The translations under genes and the position numbers were made by a program. The notes under the pieces were generated by a model. That model had not been told where the DNA came from, made no database searches, and saw nothing but the letters and a program-made list of their open reading frames with translations. A stretch of 64,000 nucleotides of DNA from Armatimonadota bacterium (lineage in GTDB: Bacteria > Armatimonadota > SYMT01), in assembly GCA_041690135.1 (NCBI GenBank), contig JAWLHY010000002.1, positions 224,001-288,000 on the forward strand, given 5' to 3'. This document shows, in pieces, positions 28,503-39,750 of this stretch (its first letter is position 1; each line of letters opens with the position of its first letter).

Positions 28503-29087
28503 ATGAGCTGGGTGGAGATTATTGCGGACCGGAAGGTCCGGGATGCACAGGAAGAAGGGGTATTCGACAACCTGCCGGGCAAGGGAAAGCCTCTCAACCT
28601 GGAGATCGATCCCCGGGTGCCGCCGGAACAGCGAGCGGCCTACCGCCTGATGCGGGAGGCACAGCTACTGCCGGATTGGATCCAGATCGACAAAGACATC
28701 CGGACCCGCCTGGAACAGTGGGAAGCGCGGGTGGAGCAGTATGCGCGAGGCCGCGAGTTGGACCTGAAGCGTCTCGAGACGTCGCCGGGACCCCAGGCAC
28801 GGGAGACCATCGACCGGCTGCGGGAGCGGTTTCTCGTACAGGCTACAAAGAGCCTGCGGGAGATCAATCGCCAGATCGAGCGGCTGAACCTGATCGCGCC
28901 CACCCCGGCGCAGCAGAAGATCCGGATCGACGTCGAGCAGCGGATCGTCGCGCTCGAAGAACGGTTCCCCCGGATTCTCGCCCCCCAGGGAGATGCGCCT
29001 CCAGAGTGGCGAGCCCTGCTGGACGACAGGCCCACGGGCGCGGCCAATCTGGGTAACCGCATGCCCCTGCGGCGGCGACGGCTGTGA
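28503..29087 (+). CDS. DUF1992 / DnaJ-family-domain protein
   Basis: IADRKVRDAQEEGVFDNLPGKGKPL, LPDWI, INRQIERLNL. Confidence 0.88.
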   Translation: MSWVEIIADRKVRDAQEEGVFDNLPGKGKPLNLEIDPRVPPEQRAAYRLMREAQLLPDWIQIDKDIRTRLEQWEARVEQYARGRELDLKRLETSPGPQARETIDRLRERFLVQATKSLREINRQIERLNLIAPTPAQQKIRIDVEQRIVALEERFPRILAPQGDAPPEWRALLDDRPTGAANLGNRMPLRRRRL

Positions 29088-29250
29088 GGATAAAGATCGT
29101 GAGGATAAAGATAAGGATAAGGAACTGGGGGCCTGAGGATTAGGAGTTGGGGGCGGGATGATGAGGGTTGGGAGATGAAAAGCAGGCTCAGGGGTTGAAG
29201 ATGGGGAGATGCGGAGGCGGATCTGGGGCCGAGAGGGTGAGGAAGGTGGG
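29088..29250 (+). repeat. Purine-rich degenerate short repeats upstream of the four-helix-bundle gene
   Basis: GTGAGGATAAAGAT x2, GATAAG repeats, strong G/A strand skew. Confidence 0.55.
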
Positions 29251-29258
29251 GAGCAAGC

Positions 29259-30212
29259 GTGGCGGATTATAAAGATTTGAAGATCTGGCAGGAGGCGCTG
29301 TCGTTCGCCGAGCGCGTGCAGCGCCTTGCGGCGGGATCGAAAGCCCCGGAGGCCCGGAGCACGCTGGGGCGACTTTCCGATGCCGCCGCGGGCGTGCCGG
29401 GACGGATCGCGCAGGCGTGGAGGCGTGCTCAGGCCGGCGAGGATCCGGCCGCGTTGCTGCAGCAGGCGGAGAGCCGCTTGTTGGACGCGGAAACTTACCT
29501 GCTGCTGTCCGTACGCCTGGGATACCTGGAGCAGGAAGCGGTAAACCGAGTCCTGACCATTCAGGCTGGGCTTCTCAGTCATTTGACGGCCGCGGATTGG
29601 ACCGGTCCGGCGAACCAGGCGAGTTCGCCCACGGCGGTTGAGCTGTCCTCTCCAGCGCCGGCTCCGCGTGTCGCGTCCGAGGCGCCTCGTCGGCCACGGC
29701 CTTCCCCCCAGTTGGCCGAGGAGTACCACGAGCCGGTCGATCGCCTGGTGGTGGACGGCTGCAACTTCCTGGGCTGCGCCGCCGGCTACTCGTTGGGCGA
29801 CGAGCGGAGCCGGGACCGGCTGCTGTTCCGACTGCAGGAGTACGCCCGCCGGCATCCCGCGCACCGGGTGGTGGTTTTCTTCGACGGCCAGCGAGCCAGC
29901 CGGCGCCTCACCGCCGGCGTGGAAGAGCGGGTCACCAGCGGCAACCGGCCGGCCGACGACGTGATCATCGACTTCCTTGATGGTCTGCCACCCCAGGACC
30001 GCCCGCGGTGCACCCTGGTCACCGATGACCGGGAGCTGGTACAGCGGGCCAAACGCGTGGGCACGCGGGTCGAGGGAATCGGCGACCTGGCGGGGAAACT
30101 CGCGCGGCATGCGTCCGGCTTCAAACAGCGCGAGGATGGGTTGAACCAGGGGGCGCTCGCGGAGTGGGAAGAGTTCTTCAGCCACCCACCCAAGCGGCCC
30201 GGCAAGGGATAA
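29259..30212 (+). CDS. Four-helix-bundle (23S rRNA IVP/Avd-like) domain fused to NYN/YacP-like PIN ribonuclease domain
   Basis: N-terminal YKDLKIWQEA...AAGVPGRIAQ...ETYLLLSVRLGYL; C-terminal LVVDGCN, VVVFFDG, ADDVI, LVTDDREL. Confidence 0.8.
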   Translation: MADYKDLKIWQEALSFAERVQRLAAGSKAPEARSTLGRLSDAAAGVPGRIAQAWRRAQAGEDPAALLQQAESRLLDAETYLLLSVRLGYLEQEAVNRVLTIQAGLLSHLTAADWTGPANQASSPTAVELSSPAPAPRVASEAPRRPRPSPQLAEEYHEPVDRLVVDGCNFLGCAAGYSLGDERSRDRLLFRLQEYARRHPAHRVVVFFDGQRASRRLTAGVEERVTSGNRPADDVIIDFLDGLPPQDRPRCTLVTDDRELVQRAKRVGTRVEGIGDLAGKLARHASGFKQREDGLNQGALAEWEEFFSHPPKRPGKG

Positions 30213-30217
30213 ACACT

Positions 30218-30625
30218 ATGAATCAGGACCTGGCGCGGGAGATGCCGACGTGCGTGGCGATCATCATCTGCAATGAGGTGATCGAGGATAAGTGGACCAA
30301 CAACAAGACGCTGGTGGGTCTGTTCAACAGCGTCGGCGCGCCCACGCTGCCCGCCAATCACCCGCGGATGTTCATCATGGCGTCGCTGACGGATGGGCGG
30401 GGAGAATGGCCGTTCGTCCTTCAGATCGAGGGGCCTTCGGGCCAGCCGCTCTTCAAGGCGGAAGGACAGATCCGCTTCGAGAACCCGCTGGTGGTCCACG
30501 ACCTGGTGATCGAGGTCCGCGGCCTACCGGTGCCGGAGGCGGGTGAATACCGGGTGGAGCTTCGCTGCGGGAACCGCCCTCTGTCCAGCCGGCGGTTCAG
30601 CGTCGTGCAGCAGCAGGCGCAGTAG
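30218..30625 (+). CDS. DUF6941-like hypothetical protein
   Basis: IIICNEVIED..TNNKTLVGLFN and PEAGEYRVEL pattern. Confidence 0.7.
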   Translation: MNQDLAREMPTCVAIIICNEVIEDKWTNNKTLVGLFNSVGAPTLPANHPRMFIMASLTDGRGEWPFVLQIEGPSGQPLFKAEGQIRFENPLVVHDLVIEVRGLPVPEAGEYRVELRCGNRPLSSRRFSVVQQQAQ

Positions 30626-30648
30626 CTTCCTGTCGGAGGAGGCGTAGC

Positions 30649-31146
30649 TTATGGCTGCGCCTCTTTTTCCGCCGACAGCTTTCCGGTGAGGCGGAGCGCC
30701 TTGCGGACCCTCGCATCGCCTCGGGGATCCTCGCCTTTGAAAAAGTCAGCCGAGGGGTAGCCCAGTTGAATGCGGAGCTGGTTGGGCGCGAGCTTTTCGT
30801 CCGCGGCCCGGAAGCCGATCAGGACGACCGGCGCGTTGAAGCTTTTCGATGAGATCACGCTGGTCAGGATGCCGCGGTAGACGGGCTTTCCCCCGACGGC
30901 GAGGGTGAAGGGAACTCCCGAGGCGAGCTCCCTACTCCGCAGCAGCCGGGTCGAAAGGCGGTCGATGACTTTCGGCGCCAGTGTGAGGGTGTGGTCTTCC
31001 CAGTTGTAGGCGCGGATCTGGTTGGCGGCGATCAGCACCTGGCCGTCGGCGGTGCGGAGGTCGACGGCGGGCGGCGGGGCAGCCATCGCCGGGATGGTCG
31101 TGAGCCAGATTGTGGCAAGTAGCGGGATAGGTTTCGAGGTGATCAT
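30649..31146 (-). CDS. Hypothetical secreted protein
   Basis: Signal peptide after GGAG RBS; IRAYNWEDHTLTL, IQLGYPS..F.GEDPR.D.RV..AL. Confidence 0.65.
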   Translation of the reverse strand: MITSKPIPLLATIWLTTIPAMAAPPPAVDLRTADGQVLIAANQIRAYNWEDHTLTLAPKVIDRLSTRLLRSRELASGVPFTLAVGGKPVYRGILTSVISSKSFNAPVVLIGFRAADEKLAPNQLRIQLGYPSADFFKGEDPRGDARVRKALRLTGKLSAEKEAQP

Positions 31147-31578
31147 GGTCTCTCCGCGACCCTGAACGGTCGCGCTACGGTACTGCACGCTGCCCACACC
31201 CCCTCGGGGCGTAAACCTGCGTGGGCGCCCGGTCCACATTTAGAACGGCGGTTTGTAGGACAAGGGGGTTGCCGCGACCCTACCCTCCGCACCGCCATCC
31301 CACGCCGGCTTTGCAGAACCTACCACGGAACCCCTGGCCGGAGGGAACTCCCTGGATCACAGGCCAGGCACGTACACCAGGGGGATTGCCACGCCCCGCA
31401 GAGGACGCAACTCGCATCCGAGGGGTTTGCACACCAAAGCGTATCCAGGTTGTCACGGGTGGTCCGGTCGGGGCTCGCAATGACGCCATCTAGTTCTGCG
31501 GAAGCACCCCATCTGCGTGCGGTTTGCGCGCAATTGTCCTGGGTGTCCCCTAATAGAGACGGTAGAACCCAGCCGGGG

Positions 31579-32394
31579 TTACGGGCCGGAGGGTGGGGCG
31601 GTGATGGCCGCGATCAGGGCTGCTGCCCGTTGGGGATCGATGCCGCGGCCAGCGATGCCGTTGTGGGCGATGGCGCTGCCGACGATGGCTCCGTCCGCGA
31701 TGGCCAGCGCTTCCGAGGCGGTCTCGGCGCTGATGCCGCTGCCGATGAAGAGGGGGGCCGCAGGGAGAGCGCGCTTGAGGAGATCGACCCGCGCGAGATC
31801 GGTCGGCTTGCCGGTGCCGCTGCCGGTGACCACCAGGGCGTCGGCGAGGCCCCGGTAGTAGAGGTCCTCGGCGGCCTGCTGCAGCTCCGTGCCGGGAAAG
31901 GGGGCCGCGTGCTTGACCCACACGTCGGCGAAGATCGCCACCTCCGCATTCAGGCGGGCGCGGAGCCGGATCGTCTCATGCGCCTTACCGGTTAGGAGGC
32001 CCTGGTCCGTCGCCATCACGCCCGTGTGGACGTTGATCCTCACGAACCGGGCGCCGGTCGCCACCGCGATCCCCAGGGCCGACGGACCGTCGTTCCGGAG
32101 CACGTTGATTCCGACCGGCAGCCGGGTGGCGCGGGTCACTTCGCGCACGCAGACCGCCATCGCCGCGACGGTCTCCGCGGGCACGCGTTCCGGGTAGAAC
32201 GGCACGTCGTTATAGTTCTCCACCAGCACCCCGTCGAACCCGGCCGACTCGAGGGCCGCCGCGTCTTCCACCGCCCGTTCCACCACCGCCGCCAGGGAGC
32301 CCTCCCAACCGGGAGATCCCGGCAGGGCGCGGAGGTGGATCATGCCGATTAGCGGCCGCGAGGGTGCAAAGATGGATTGGAGGGAGATGCGCAT
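31579..32394 (-). CDS. BtpA/SgcQ family TIM-barrel protein
   Basis: IGMIHLRALPGSP, VENYNDVP, GINVLRND, ADVWVKHA, ADALVVTGSGTG, GSG, ADGAIVGS. Confidence 0.92.
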   Translation of the reverse strand: MRISLQSIFAPSRPLIGMIHLRALPGSPGWEGSLAAVVERAVEDAAALESAGFDGVLVENYNDVPFYPERVPAETVAAMAVCVREVTRATRLPVGINVLRNDGPSALGIAVATGARFVRINVHTGVMATDQGLLTGKAHETIRLRARLNAEVAIFADVWVKHAAPFPGTELQQAAEDLYYRGLADALVVTGSGTGKPTDLARVDLLKRALPAAPLFIGSGISAETASEALAIADGAIVGSAIAHNGIAGRGIDPQRAAALIAAITAPPSGP

Positions 32395-32405
32395 CACGTA
32401 AGAGG

Positions 32406-32864
32406 TCAATCCTCATCCGGGAAGAGCGGCTCCGGGGTCCACTCGGTGGGGAGGCGGATCATGGCATCCTCGATCATCCAGGCATCCCAGCCGCGCGCCG
32501 CCTGGCAAATGGCCCGCCAGTTGGAAGGGTGGGCGTTCGCTAGTTCCCAGGCCAGGGCCATCACGAACCGTTCCATCGGCAGCGCAGGGCCGCTGTCGCC
32601 TCCCTCGTCCTCCTCCAGATCGAAGGGGGAGGCGGTGGAAGCGGGCATTAGCCGGGGGAACGTGATCGGCTCCAGCAGCGCCTCACCGGCGTGGGTCACC
32701 TCGACTTCGTACAGGTCTTCTTCGTCCGGATCTCCTCCGGCTCGTTCATCAAAGAGACCCTCGGAAAGGAAAGTGGCCCGGATACTCAACAATCCGGGCA
32801 CTTCCAGGTCCACGTCTTCGGCGTGGCTTGTCAGGATGGGGCGAGGGATCCTGGCCATGGTCAC
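32406..32864 (-). CDS. Acidic hypothetical protein, translationally coupled to lon
   Basis: GTGA overlap with the lon stop; coding-like composition. Confidence 0.7.
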   Translation of the reverse strand: MTMARIPRPILTSHAEDVDLEVPGLLSIRATFLSEGLFDERAGGDPDEEDLYEVEVTHAGEALLEPITFPRLMPASTASPFDLEEDEGGDSGPALPMERFVMALAWELANAHPSNWRAICQAARGWDAWMIEDAMIRLPTEWTPEPLFPDED

Positions 32865-35272
32865 GCAGTACCGGGGCTCGCGGAGGCGTAGGCCGGGCTG
32901 GGCCGCGGGCTTTCCACCAGGGCCAATTGCAGCACCTGGTCCATGTGGTCCACGAAGTGGAACTCCAGGTCGTCCTGCACGTTCTGGGGGATCTCCTCCA
33001 GGTCGCGCTCGTTCTCGCGCGGCAGCAGCACCACCTTCATGCCGGCCCGGTGGGCGGCTAGGACCTTCTCCTTCACCCCGCCGATCGGGAGCACCTTGCC
33101 GCGCAGGGTGATCTCCCCCGTCATCGCCACGTCCTTGCGGATGGCGCGCCGGGTAACGGCGCTGGCGAGGGCGGTGGCCATGGTGATGCCCGCGGAAGGC
33201 CCATCCTTCGGCACGGCTCCCGCCGGCACGTGGATGTGGACTTCCATCCGGTCGAAGAAGTCATCCGGGAAGTTAAGCACGCGCGCCCGGGAGCGGACGT
33301 AACTGAGCGCCGCCATGGCGCTCTCCTTCATCACTTCGCCGAGTTGGCCGGTGAGGGTCAGCTTCAACTCGTGATGCTTCATCAGCGTGGCTTCCACGGA
33401 GACGATGTCGCCACCGAACTCGGTGTAGACGAGCCCGGTCGCCGCGCCGATCTCATCCATTTCTTCCGCGCGCCCGTAATGGTAGCGGCGCATCCCCAGG
33501 AACGGCTTGATGTCGTTTTCGGTGATCGTTACCTGGTCTGTCTTTCCGCTCGCGACCTCCTTGGCCACCTTGCGGCAAACCGTGGCGACCTCCCGCTCCA
33601 GGTTCCGGACACCGGCCTCGCGAGTGTATTCGCGGATGATCTTCATCAGGCCGTCGTCCGTGAAGACTAGGTGCTCCTCCGTGATGCCGTTCTCCTTGCG
33701 CTGCTTGGGCACGAGGAAGTCGCGGGCGATCGCCAGCTTCTCATCCTCCGTGTATCCGGGGAAGTGGATCACCTCCATCCGGTCTTTCAGCGCGGGCGGG
33801 ATGGGGTCCAGCAGGTTCGCCGTGGTGATGAACATCACGTTCGCCAGGTCGAACGGCACTTCCAGGTAGTGGTCGCTGAAAGCGTTGTTCTGCTCCGGGT
33901 CGAGCGCCTCGAGCAGGGCCGACGAAGGATCGCCGCGGAAGTCCATGCCGAGCTTGTCGATCTCATCGAGCATGAACACCGGATTGTTGGAACCCGTGGT
34001 CTTGATGCCCTGGATGATGCGACCCGGCATGGCGCCGATGTAGGTGCGCCGGTGGCCCCGGATCTCCGCCTCGTCGCGGACGCCGCCCAGGGAGACGCGG
34101 ATGAACTTGCGGCCCAGCGCCCGTGCGATGCTCTTCCCGATGGAGGTCTTGCCCACTCCGGGAGGGCCGGCGAAGCAGAGGATCGGGCCGCGCATCTCCT
34201 GGGTGAGCTTGCGCACCGCCAGGAACTCCAGGATGCGCTCCTTGACCTTGGCGAGACCGTAGTGATCCTGGTCGAGGACCTCCTGTGCCGTCGGAATGTC
34301 CAGGGTCTCTTCCGTCGAGGTGGTCCAGGGCAGGGCCGTGAGCCAGTCCAGGTAGGTGCGGACGACCACACCCTCCGGGGCCTGGAACGGCATCTTCTCC
34401 AGCCGGTCCAGCTCCTTGAGGGCGCGTTCCTCCACCTCTTCGGGCATTTTGGCGTTCTGGATCTTCTCCCGGTACTCGTCGATCTCCGAGCCCCGGTCGT
34501 CCCGCTCGCCCAACTCCTGCTGTATGGCCTTGAGCTGTTCCCGCAGGATGAACTCCCGCTGGGTGTCGCCCATTTCCTTTTCGACCTTGTTGCGGATGTT
34601 CCGCTGGATCTCGAGAACTTCCGTCTCCTTTTTCAGGATGAAGTTCAGCTTCTCCAGGCGGTCCCGCACGGAGATGGTCTCCAGCAGGTCCTGCATCCGC
34701 TCGACCTTGGGGCGCAGGTGGAGGTAGGGAATGATGGTGTCGGCGAGCCGCCCCGGGTCATCGATGTTGACGACCTGCACGAGCGCCTCCGGCGGAATAT
34801 CTTTTCCGAGCTCGACCACCTGCTGGAACTGGGTGATGACGCTGCGCATCAGCGCCTCGACCTCGGCGGAGCGTTCCTCCGCTTCTGGCAGGAGCTCGAT
34901 CCGCACGCGGAAGAAGGGGTCGGACTGGAGGTACTCTCGGATGCGGGCGCGGGCCTGGCCTTCCAGCATCACGCGCACGGTGCCGTCCGGAAGGTTGAGG
35001 ACCTGCATCACCTCGGCGACGGTCCCGACCTGGTAGATATCCTCAGAGGTCGGGTCGTCGATCGCCATCTGGCGCTGGGCCACCAGGAAGATGTAACGGT
35101 CATGCCCCCGAGCCTCTTCCAGCGCCCGGATCGACTTATCCCGCCCGACGAAGAGAGGGAAGATGTTGTGCGGGAAGTAGACCGGCTCCCGGATCGGCAG
35201 CAGGGGCAGAATCTCCGGCACAGCCGGGTCCACAGAAAGCAGGTCGTCATCAAGTTCGGTCACGTCGGTCAC
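32861..35272 (-). CDS. lon: ATP-dependent protease La
   Basis: LON N-domain, Walker [36 protein letters not shown] (catalytic Ser), GGVKEK. Confidence 0.98.
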   Translation of the reverse strand: MTDVTELDDDLLSVDPAVPEILPLLPIREPVYFPHNIFPLFVGRDKSIRALEEARGHDRYIFLVAQRQMAIDDPTSEDIYQVGTVAEVMQVLNLPDGTVRVMLEGQARARIREYLQSDPFFRVRIELLPEAEERSAEVEALMRSVITQFQQVVELGKDIPPEALVQVVNIDDPGRLADTIIPYLHLRPKVERMQDLLETISVRDRLEKLNFILKKETEVLEIQRNIRNKVEKEMGDTQREFILREQLKAIQQELGERDDRGSEIDEYREKIQNAKMPEEVEERALKELDRLEKMPFQAPEGVVVRTYLDWLTALPWTTSTEETLDIPTAQEVLDQDHYGLAKVKERILEFLAVRKLTQEMRGPILCFAGPPGVGKTSIGKSIARALGRKFIRVSLGGVRDEAEIRGHRRTYIGAMPGRIIQGIKTTGSNNPVFMLDEIDKLGMDFRGDPSSALLEALDPEQNNAFSDHYLEVPFDLANVMFITTANLLDPIPPALKDRMEVIHFPGYTEDEKLAIARDFLVPKQRKENGITEEHLVFTDDGLMKIIREYTREAGVRNLEREVATVCRKVAKEVASGKTDQVTITENDIKPFLGMRRYHYGRAEEMDEIGAATGLVYTEFGGDIVSVEATLMKHHELKLTLTGQLGEVMKESAMAALSYVRSRARVLNFPDDFFDRMEVHIHVPAGAVPKDGPSAGITMATALASAVTRRAIRKDVAMTGEITLRGKVLPIGGVKEKVLAAHRAGMKVVLLPRENERDLEEIPQNVQDDLEFHFVDHMDQVLQLALVESPRPSPAYASASPGTA

Positions 35273-35293
35273 TAAGGGTTCTCCCTGGAGCCG

Positions 35294-36556
35294 CTACGAA
35301 GCGTTCTTGAGCTGGTTCACGGTGATGATCGCCGGCTCGGCTTTATTGGTGATGGTCTCGCGGGTAATGACTACGCGCTTCACGTCGCGGCGGGACGGAA
35401 TTTCGAACATCAGGTCCTGCATCACTTCTTCGATGATGGACCGCAGGGCACGCGCGCCGGTGCCACGCTTCAGCGCCTCTTCGGCGATGGCGGCCAGGGC
35501 ATCCTCGGTGAACACCAGGTCCACGTTGCCGTCCATCGCGAAGAGCCGCTGGTACTGCTTCACCAGCGCGTTCTTCGGCTCGACAAGGATCCGGATCAAC
35601 GCTTCTTTGTCCAACTGATCCAGCGAGGTAATCACGGGCAAGCGGCCGATGAACTCGGGGATCAGGCCGAAGCGGACCAGGTCTTCCGGCAGCACCTGGC
35701 TGAGCAGGCTCTCCTCGTTTTCGTCCTTCTGGTGCGACACCCGGAAGCCGAGGGTCTGGCGGTTAAGCCGGGCTTCGATGACGGGCAGGAGGCCGTCGAA
35801 AGTGCCGCCGCAGATGAAGAGAATGTTGCTGGTATTGATCTGGACGTATTCCTGCTGCGGGTGCTTGCGGCCGCCCTGCGGCGGGACGTTCGCCACGGTG
35901 CCTTCGAGGATCTTCAGCAGCGCCTGCTGCACCCCTTCGCCGGAAACGTCACGCGTGATCGACGGATTGTCGCTCTTGCGGGAAATCTTGTCGATTTCGT
36001 CGATGTAGATGATGCCGCGCTCGGCATTCTGGATTGCCTGCTGTGGGTTGCTGCTCTCCGCGGCCTGGATGAGGCGGAGGAGGATGTTCTCCACGTCCTC
36101 ACCGACATAACCCGCCTCGGTCAGCGCCGTGGCGTCCACGATGGTGAACGGCACGTTCAGCATCCGCGCGAGGGTCTGCGCCAGGAGCGTCTTGCCCGAG
36201 CCGGTGGGGCCGATCAGCAGGATGTTGCTCTTGGCCAGCTCAACGTCCGACTGCGCGAAGTGCACCCGCTTGATGTGGTTGTAAACCGCTACGGACAGCG
36301 CCCGCTTCGCCCGTTCCTGACCGACGACGTAGAGGCCGAGTACCTTGTAGATATCCTTCGGTTTCGGCAGGGAGTCCGCGAACTGGTCGTAGTTGAGAGG
36401 GAACTCCTCCCCCTGGATCACGTCGTTGCAGAGGTCCACGCACTCGGCGCAGATGCCCCCGTGCAGCCCGAGGATGAGCTTGGAGACCTCCTCTCGCGAC
36501 TTGCCGCAAAGCACGCACCGGCGCATCTCATCCCGATCCAGATTAGTTCTTGCCAC
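35294..36556 (-). CDS. clpX: ATP-dependent Clp protease ATP-binding subunit ClpX
   Basis: C4 zinc finger, [42 protein letters not shown]. Confidence 0.98.
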   Translation of the reverse strand: MARTNLDRDEMRRCVLCGKSREEVSKLILGLHGGICAECVDLCNDVIQGEEFPLNYDQFADSLPKPKDIYKVLGLYVVGQERAKRALSVAVYNHIKRVHFAQSDVELAKSNILLIGPTGSGKTLLAQTLARMLNVPFTIVDATALTEAGYVGEDVENILLRLIQAAESSNPQQAIQNAERGIIYIDEIDKISRKSDNPSITRDVSGEGVQQALLKILEGTVANVPPQGGRKHPQQEYVQINTSNILFICGGTFDGLLPVIEARLNRQTLGFRVSHQKDENEESLLSQVLPEDLVRFGLIPEFIGRLPVITSLDQLDKEALIRILVEPKNALVKQYQRLFAMDGNVDLVFTEDALAAIAEEALKRGTGARALRSIIEEVMQDLMFEIPSRRDVKRVVITRETITNKAEPAIITVNQLKNAS

Positions 36557-36698
36557 GCTAATAGTACTCCGAGGTAACTTGCTCTCCGCCGACCAGGAGG
36601 CGGTTTGATCCGGACCTTAACTCCCGCCTGACTCGATCCTGTTTTAGACCCTAACCTTCGCTGCTTTGGCCTCACCCACCTGCTTGCCACGTGCCGGT

Positions 36699-36784
36699 GC
36701 AGGAAGGGATGAGATGAAAACGGGCAAAAGGCCCACGCCGGAGCGCGGCTTTTTGCCTCCGTTCTTCCATTCTTCCCTTCCTGC
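36699..36784. repeat. Long imperfect hairpin between clpP and clpX
   Basis: GCAGGAAGGGA/TCCCTTCCTGC outer stem and GGCAAAAGGCC/GGCTTTTTGCC inner stem. Confidence 0.65.
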
Positions 36785-36821
36785 GAACCCTGCACTCCCG
36801 AGGTGGAGCGGCGGAACTCGC

Positions 36822-37517
36822 CTACAACGAATCGGGAGCCGGTTGACTCTCGGTCTGCTGTTCGTGCTCGGCCCGGCTCATCACCCGGTCCACGATCCCA
36901 TAGCTCAGGGCCTCCGGCGCGGACATGAAGTAGTCGCGCTCCGTATCTCGCGTTACCTGCTCCACCGTCTTGCCGGTGTGCCGGGCCAGGATCTCGTTGA
37001 GGAGCGCCTTGTAGCGCAGGATCTCCCGCGCCCGGATCTCCACATCGGTTCCCTGCCCGAACGGAACGCCCGCACTGACCTGGTGAATCATTACCCGAGC
37101 GTGGGGGAGACAGTAACGCTTTCCTTTCGCGCCGGCCGCAAGTAGCAGCGCGCCCATCGAGGCAGCCATTCCCATGCAGATGGTGGAGACGTCCGGCTTG
37201 ATGAACTCCATCGTGTCGTACATCGCCAGCCCCGCGTCCACTGCCCCACCCGGGGAGTGGATGTAGAGCATGATGTCTCCATCCGGGTCTTCATATTCCA
37301 GGAAGAGCAGCTGTGCGATGATGAGGTCGGCCATCATATCGTGCACTTCGCCGCTCAGAAATACTATTCGGCTCTTTAGCAGGCGAGAATAGATGTCATA
37401 TGAGCGCTCGCCGCGAGCCGTTTGCTCGACCACAATCGGTACGAGGTGGTTCTTGGGGGTCCAGAGCTCAGGATGCTGGTTGGCCTGCTCCAGGACTCTC
37501 CAGTTGTGGCGGTTCAT
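36822..37517 (-). CDS. clpP: ATP-dependent Clp protease proteolytic subunit
   Basis: [36 protein letters not shown] (Ser), MIHQ (His), TERDYFM (Asp); AGAAAGG RBS before ATG 37517. Confidence 0.97.
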   Translation of the reverse strand: MNRHNWRVLEQANQHPELWTPKNHLVPIVVEQTARGERSYDIYSRLLKSRIVFLSGEVHDMMADLIIAQLLFLEYEDPDGDIMLYIHSPGGAVDAGLAMYDTMEFIKPDVSTICMGMAASMGALLLAAGAKGKRYCLPHARVMIHQVSAGVPFGQGTDVEIRAREILRYKALLNEILARHTGKTVEQVTRDTERDYFMSAPEALSYGIVDRVMSRAEHEQQTESQPAPDSL

Positions 37518-37763
37518 CGCTAGCCTTTCTGTGGTGTCCGCCCCGGCCGGTACTGCATGGGGCGAACAGGTCGAACACACTTTAACACAGTTTCGTGCGC
37601 CTGGAAAAAGGCGCAAAAAAACGGGACGACGGCCCGGTTCATTGCCCGAGCCGCTAACCTCTGCCCGCCTGTTCTACCCACACCCGCGCCGGAAATCGCC
37701 TATAAATCCGCAGGCTACCGGTGCCACAGGGCGCTGTAAGCCCGGGATGTTGCAAAACTTGCA

Positions 37764-37800
37764 AAACCGGGGTGTCTCGTAGAACGAGACACCCCGGTTT
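37764..37800. repeat. Perfect 17-bp inverted repeat
   Basis: AAACCGGGGTGTCTCGT-AGA-ACGAGACACCCCGGTTT; preceded by TTGCAAAAC x2. Confidence 0.8.
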
Positions 37801-37805
37801 GCGGT

Positions 37806-37930
37806 GAGAATGGAAGAACTGGGGAATGGGTGAATGGGCGACGCAATGAAGCGAGGAGGAATGGGAGAGTGAGAGCCGCTTGCGTTTCGGCATCTTCCCT
37901 TCTCCCATTCCTCCTCACTCCCATTCACCC
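37806..37930. repeat. Octamer (GAATGGGN-type) repeats followed by inverted copies
   Basis: GAATGGAA/GAACTGGG/GAATGGGT/GAATGGGC, then CCCATTC units in the opposite orientation. Confidence 0.65.
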
Positions 37931-37961
37931 TCTGGCAGAACGGACCGGCCGAGGCGCCAGA

Positions 37962-39272
37962 CTAGGCTTCGGTTTCCTGGATCTCCGCCTGGGAGCGCAG
38001 CAACTGGCCCACCTTGCGGAAGAAGATCTGCGTTTGCAGGTTATCCAGCTCCCCGTTATCCGCCAGCGTCCGGCGCATCTGGGCCGGCTTGACGCCCTCG
38101 GCCTCGGCGCGGAGATTGATCTCCTGCTCCACATCTTCCAGGTTCACCCGCACGTTGTTCTGGTGCCCGAACTCGATCAGCACCAGCGACTCGGTCAGCG
38201 TGTCGCGGGCCTGCGCCTGGAGGGCGTTCTCCAGGGCGGCGAGATCGGTCTTCTGGGATTCCAGGTAATCCTCCAGCGTGGCGCCCTGGTGCTCCAGATT
38301 ATGGACCAGGCGCTTCAAGCGCTCGGAGGCTTCGCGCGTCACCATCTCGTCGGGGAACTCCACCGAGGAGCGGCGTACGAGCTCGTGCACCAGGTCGTGC
38401 TCCATTTCGCTGTCGGCCTGGGCTTCCGCCTGCGCTTCGAGGATCTCCCGGAGCCGCGCGCGGAGAGCCTCCGCCGTGTCCAGGCCCAGGCGCTGGGCAA
38501 ACTCGTCGTTCACTTCCGGCAGAGTACGCCGCAGCACCTCGAAGACCTTCACCGAAACGGACGCGGTCTGCCCCCGCTTCTCCTCGTCCTCATAGTCCTC
38601 CGGATAGGTGAACTCGAACGTCTTCTCTTCTTCGGCCTTCAGCCCGAGGATCCCCTGGTCGAACTCCGCCAGGTTGGCGCCGACCTGCAGGATCAACGGC
38701 TCCTCTTCCGAGGCGTCGACGAGCGCTTCGTCGCCAACGGTGATCTTCAGCGCGGCCCGGATGCGGTCTCCCTCGGCGACGGGTTCTTCCGTGGCTTCAA
38801 ACGTGGCGCCACGCTCCCGGATGCGGGTGAGCTCCGTTTCCACGTCTTCATCGGTGATCTTCACCACGACGCGCTTGGCGCTCAGGCCCTCGGTATTACC
38901 GAGCGTGATCTTGGGCTCCAGGGCGAGCGTGGCCTTGAAGGTAACGCCCTTCTGAAGGTCGAGCTCTTCCTCACCGAGATCGATCTGGGGCTCGGCGTAG
39001 CGGTAAGGCTCCACTCCGGTCTGCTTTAGGGCATCCCGGTAGGCGTTGGTAAGGACCTCCTCCATCGCGAGGTCCCGGACGCGGCCTTCGTCGATGTACC
39101 GCTTCACCAGGTGGCGGGGCGCCTTCCCCGGACGGAAGCCCGGCACGGCGGTCCGCTTCGCGAAACGGTTGAACACCGTCTCCATGGCGCGGTTCACGTC
39201 TTCCGGCGGCACCTCGATGGTGAGAGCGACCCGGCACGGCTCCAGTTGCTCCTGTTGCACTTGCACTGGCAT
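37962..39272 (-). CDS. tig: Trigger factor
   Basis: Ribosome-binding signature VPGFRPGKAP, FKBP-like domain (FTYPEDY), LPEVNDEFA; upstream of clpP-clpX-lon. Confidence 0.95.
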   Translation of the reverse strand: MPVQVQQEQLEPCRVALTIEVPPEDVNRAMETVFNRFAKRTAVPGFRPGKAPRHLVKRYIDEGRVRDLAMEEVLTNAYRDALKQTGVEPYRYAEPQIDLGEEELDLQKGVTFKATLALEPKITLGNTEGLSAKRVVVKITDEDVETELTRIRERGATFEATEEPVAEGDRIRAALKITVGDEALVDASEEEPLILQVGANLAEFDQGILGLKAEEEKTFEFTYPEDYEDEEKRGQTASVSVKVFEVLRRTLPEVNDEFAQRLGLDTAEALRARLREILEAQAEAQADSEMEHDLVHELVRRSSVEFPDEMVTREASERLKRLVHNLEHQGATLEDYLESQKTDLAALENALQAQARDTLTESLVLIEFGHQNNVRVNLEDVEQEINLRAEAEGVKPAQMRRTLADNGELDNLQTQIFFRKVGQLLRSQAEIQETEA

Positions 39273-39464
39273 CGGATCTGTTCCTGTGGGTTAGGGGCGC
39301 TGTGCACTTGGACCCGGTCCGGCCACACATAAGAACACCCCGCCGACCCCGGAGGGCACGACGAGGCGATAGTCAGGCCGGCGAGTGCAATTAAGCACGG
39401 CGCCTATGACGATACTCGGGCGATGAACCATCGCGGAGGCGTACCTGCCGCTCGGATCCGCCGA

Positions 39465-39536
<72 letters not shown>

Positions 39537-39573
39537 GTATTCCATCCATTCGACTGCTAGCCAGGACTAACAG

Positions 39574-39655
39574 TGGGCGAGGTGGGACTTGAACCCACAC
39601 GGTTTGCACCACTAGATCCTAAGTCTAGCGCGTCTGCCAATTCCGCCACTCACCC
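39574..39655 (-). tRNA. tRNA-Leu(TAG)
   Basis: GGGTGAGTGGCGGAATTGGCAGACGCGCTAGACTTAGGATCTAG..., long variable arm, GGTTCAAGTCC. Confidence 0.96.
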
Positions 39656-39677
39656 GAAGGCCCGGATCGACTGACGA

Positions 39678-39750
<73 letters not shown>

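Noticed and set aside
29088-30212. Diversity-generating retroelement suggested by the Avd-like domain
   Set aside because: No reverse transcriptase and no TR/VR pair differing at adenines seen in the window.
39370-39398. CIRCE operator upstream of tig
   Set aside because: Only a partial half-site (TTGCACTC on the minus strand); the second arm does not match.
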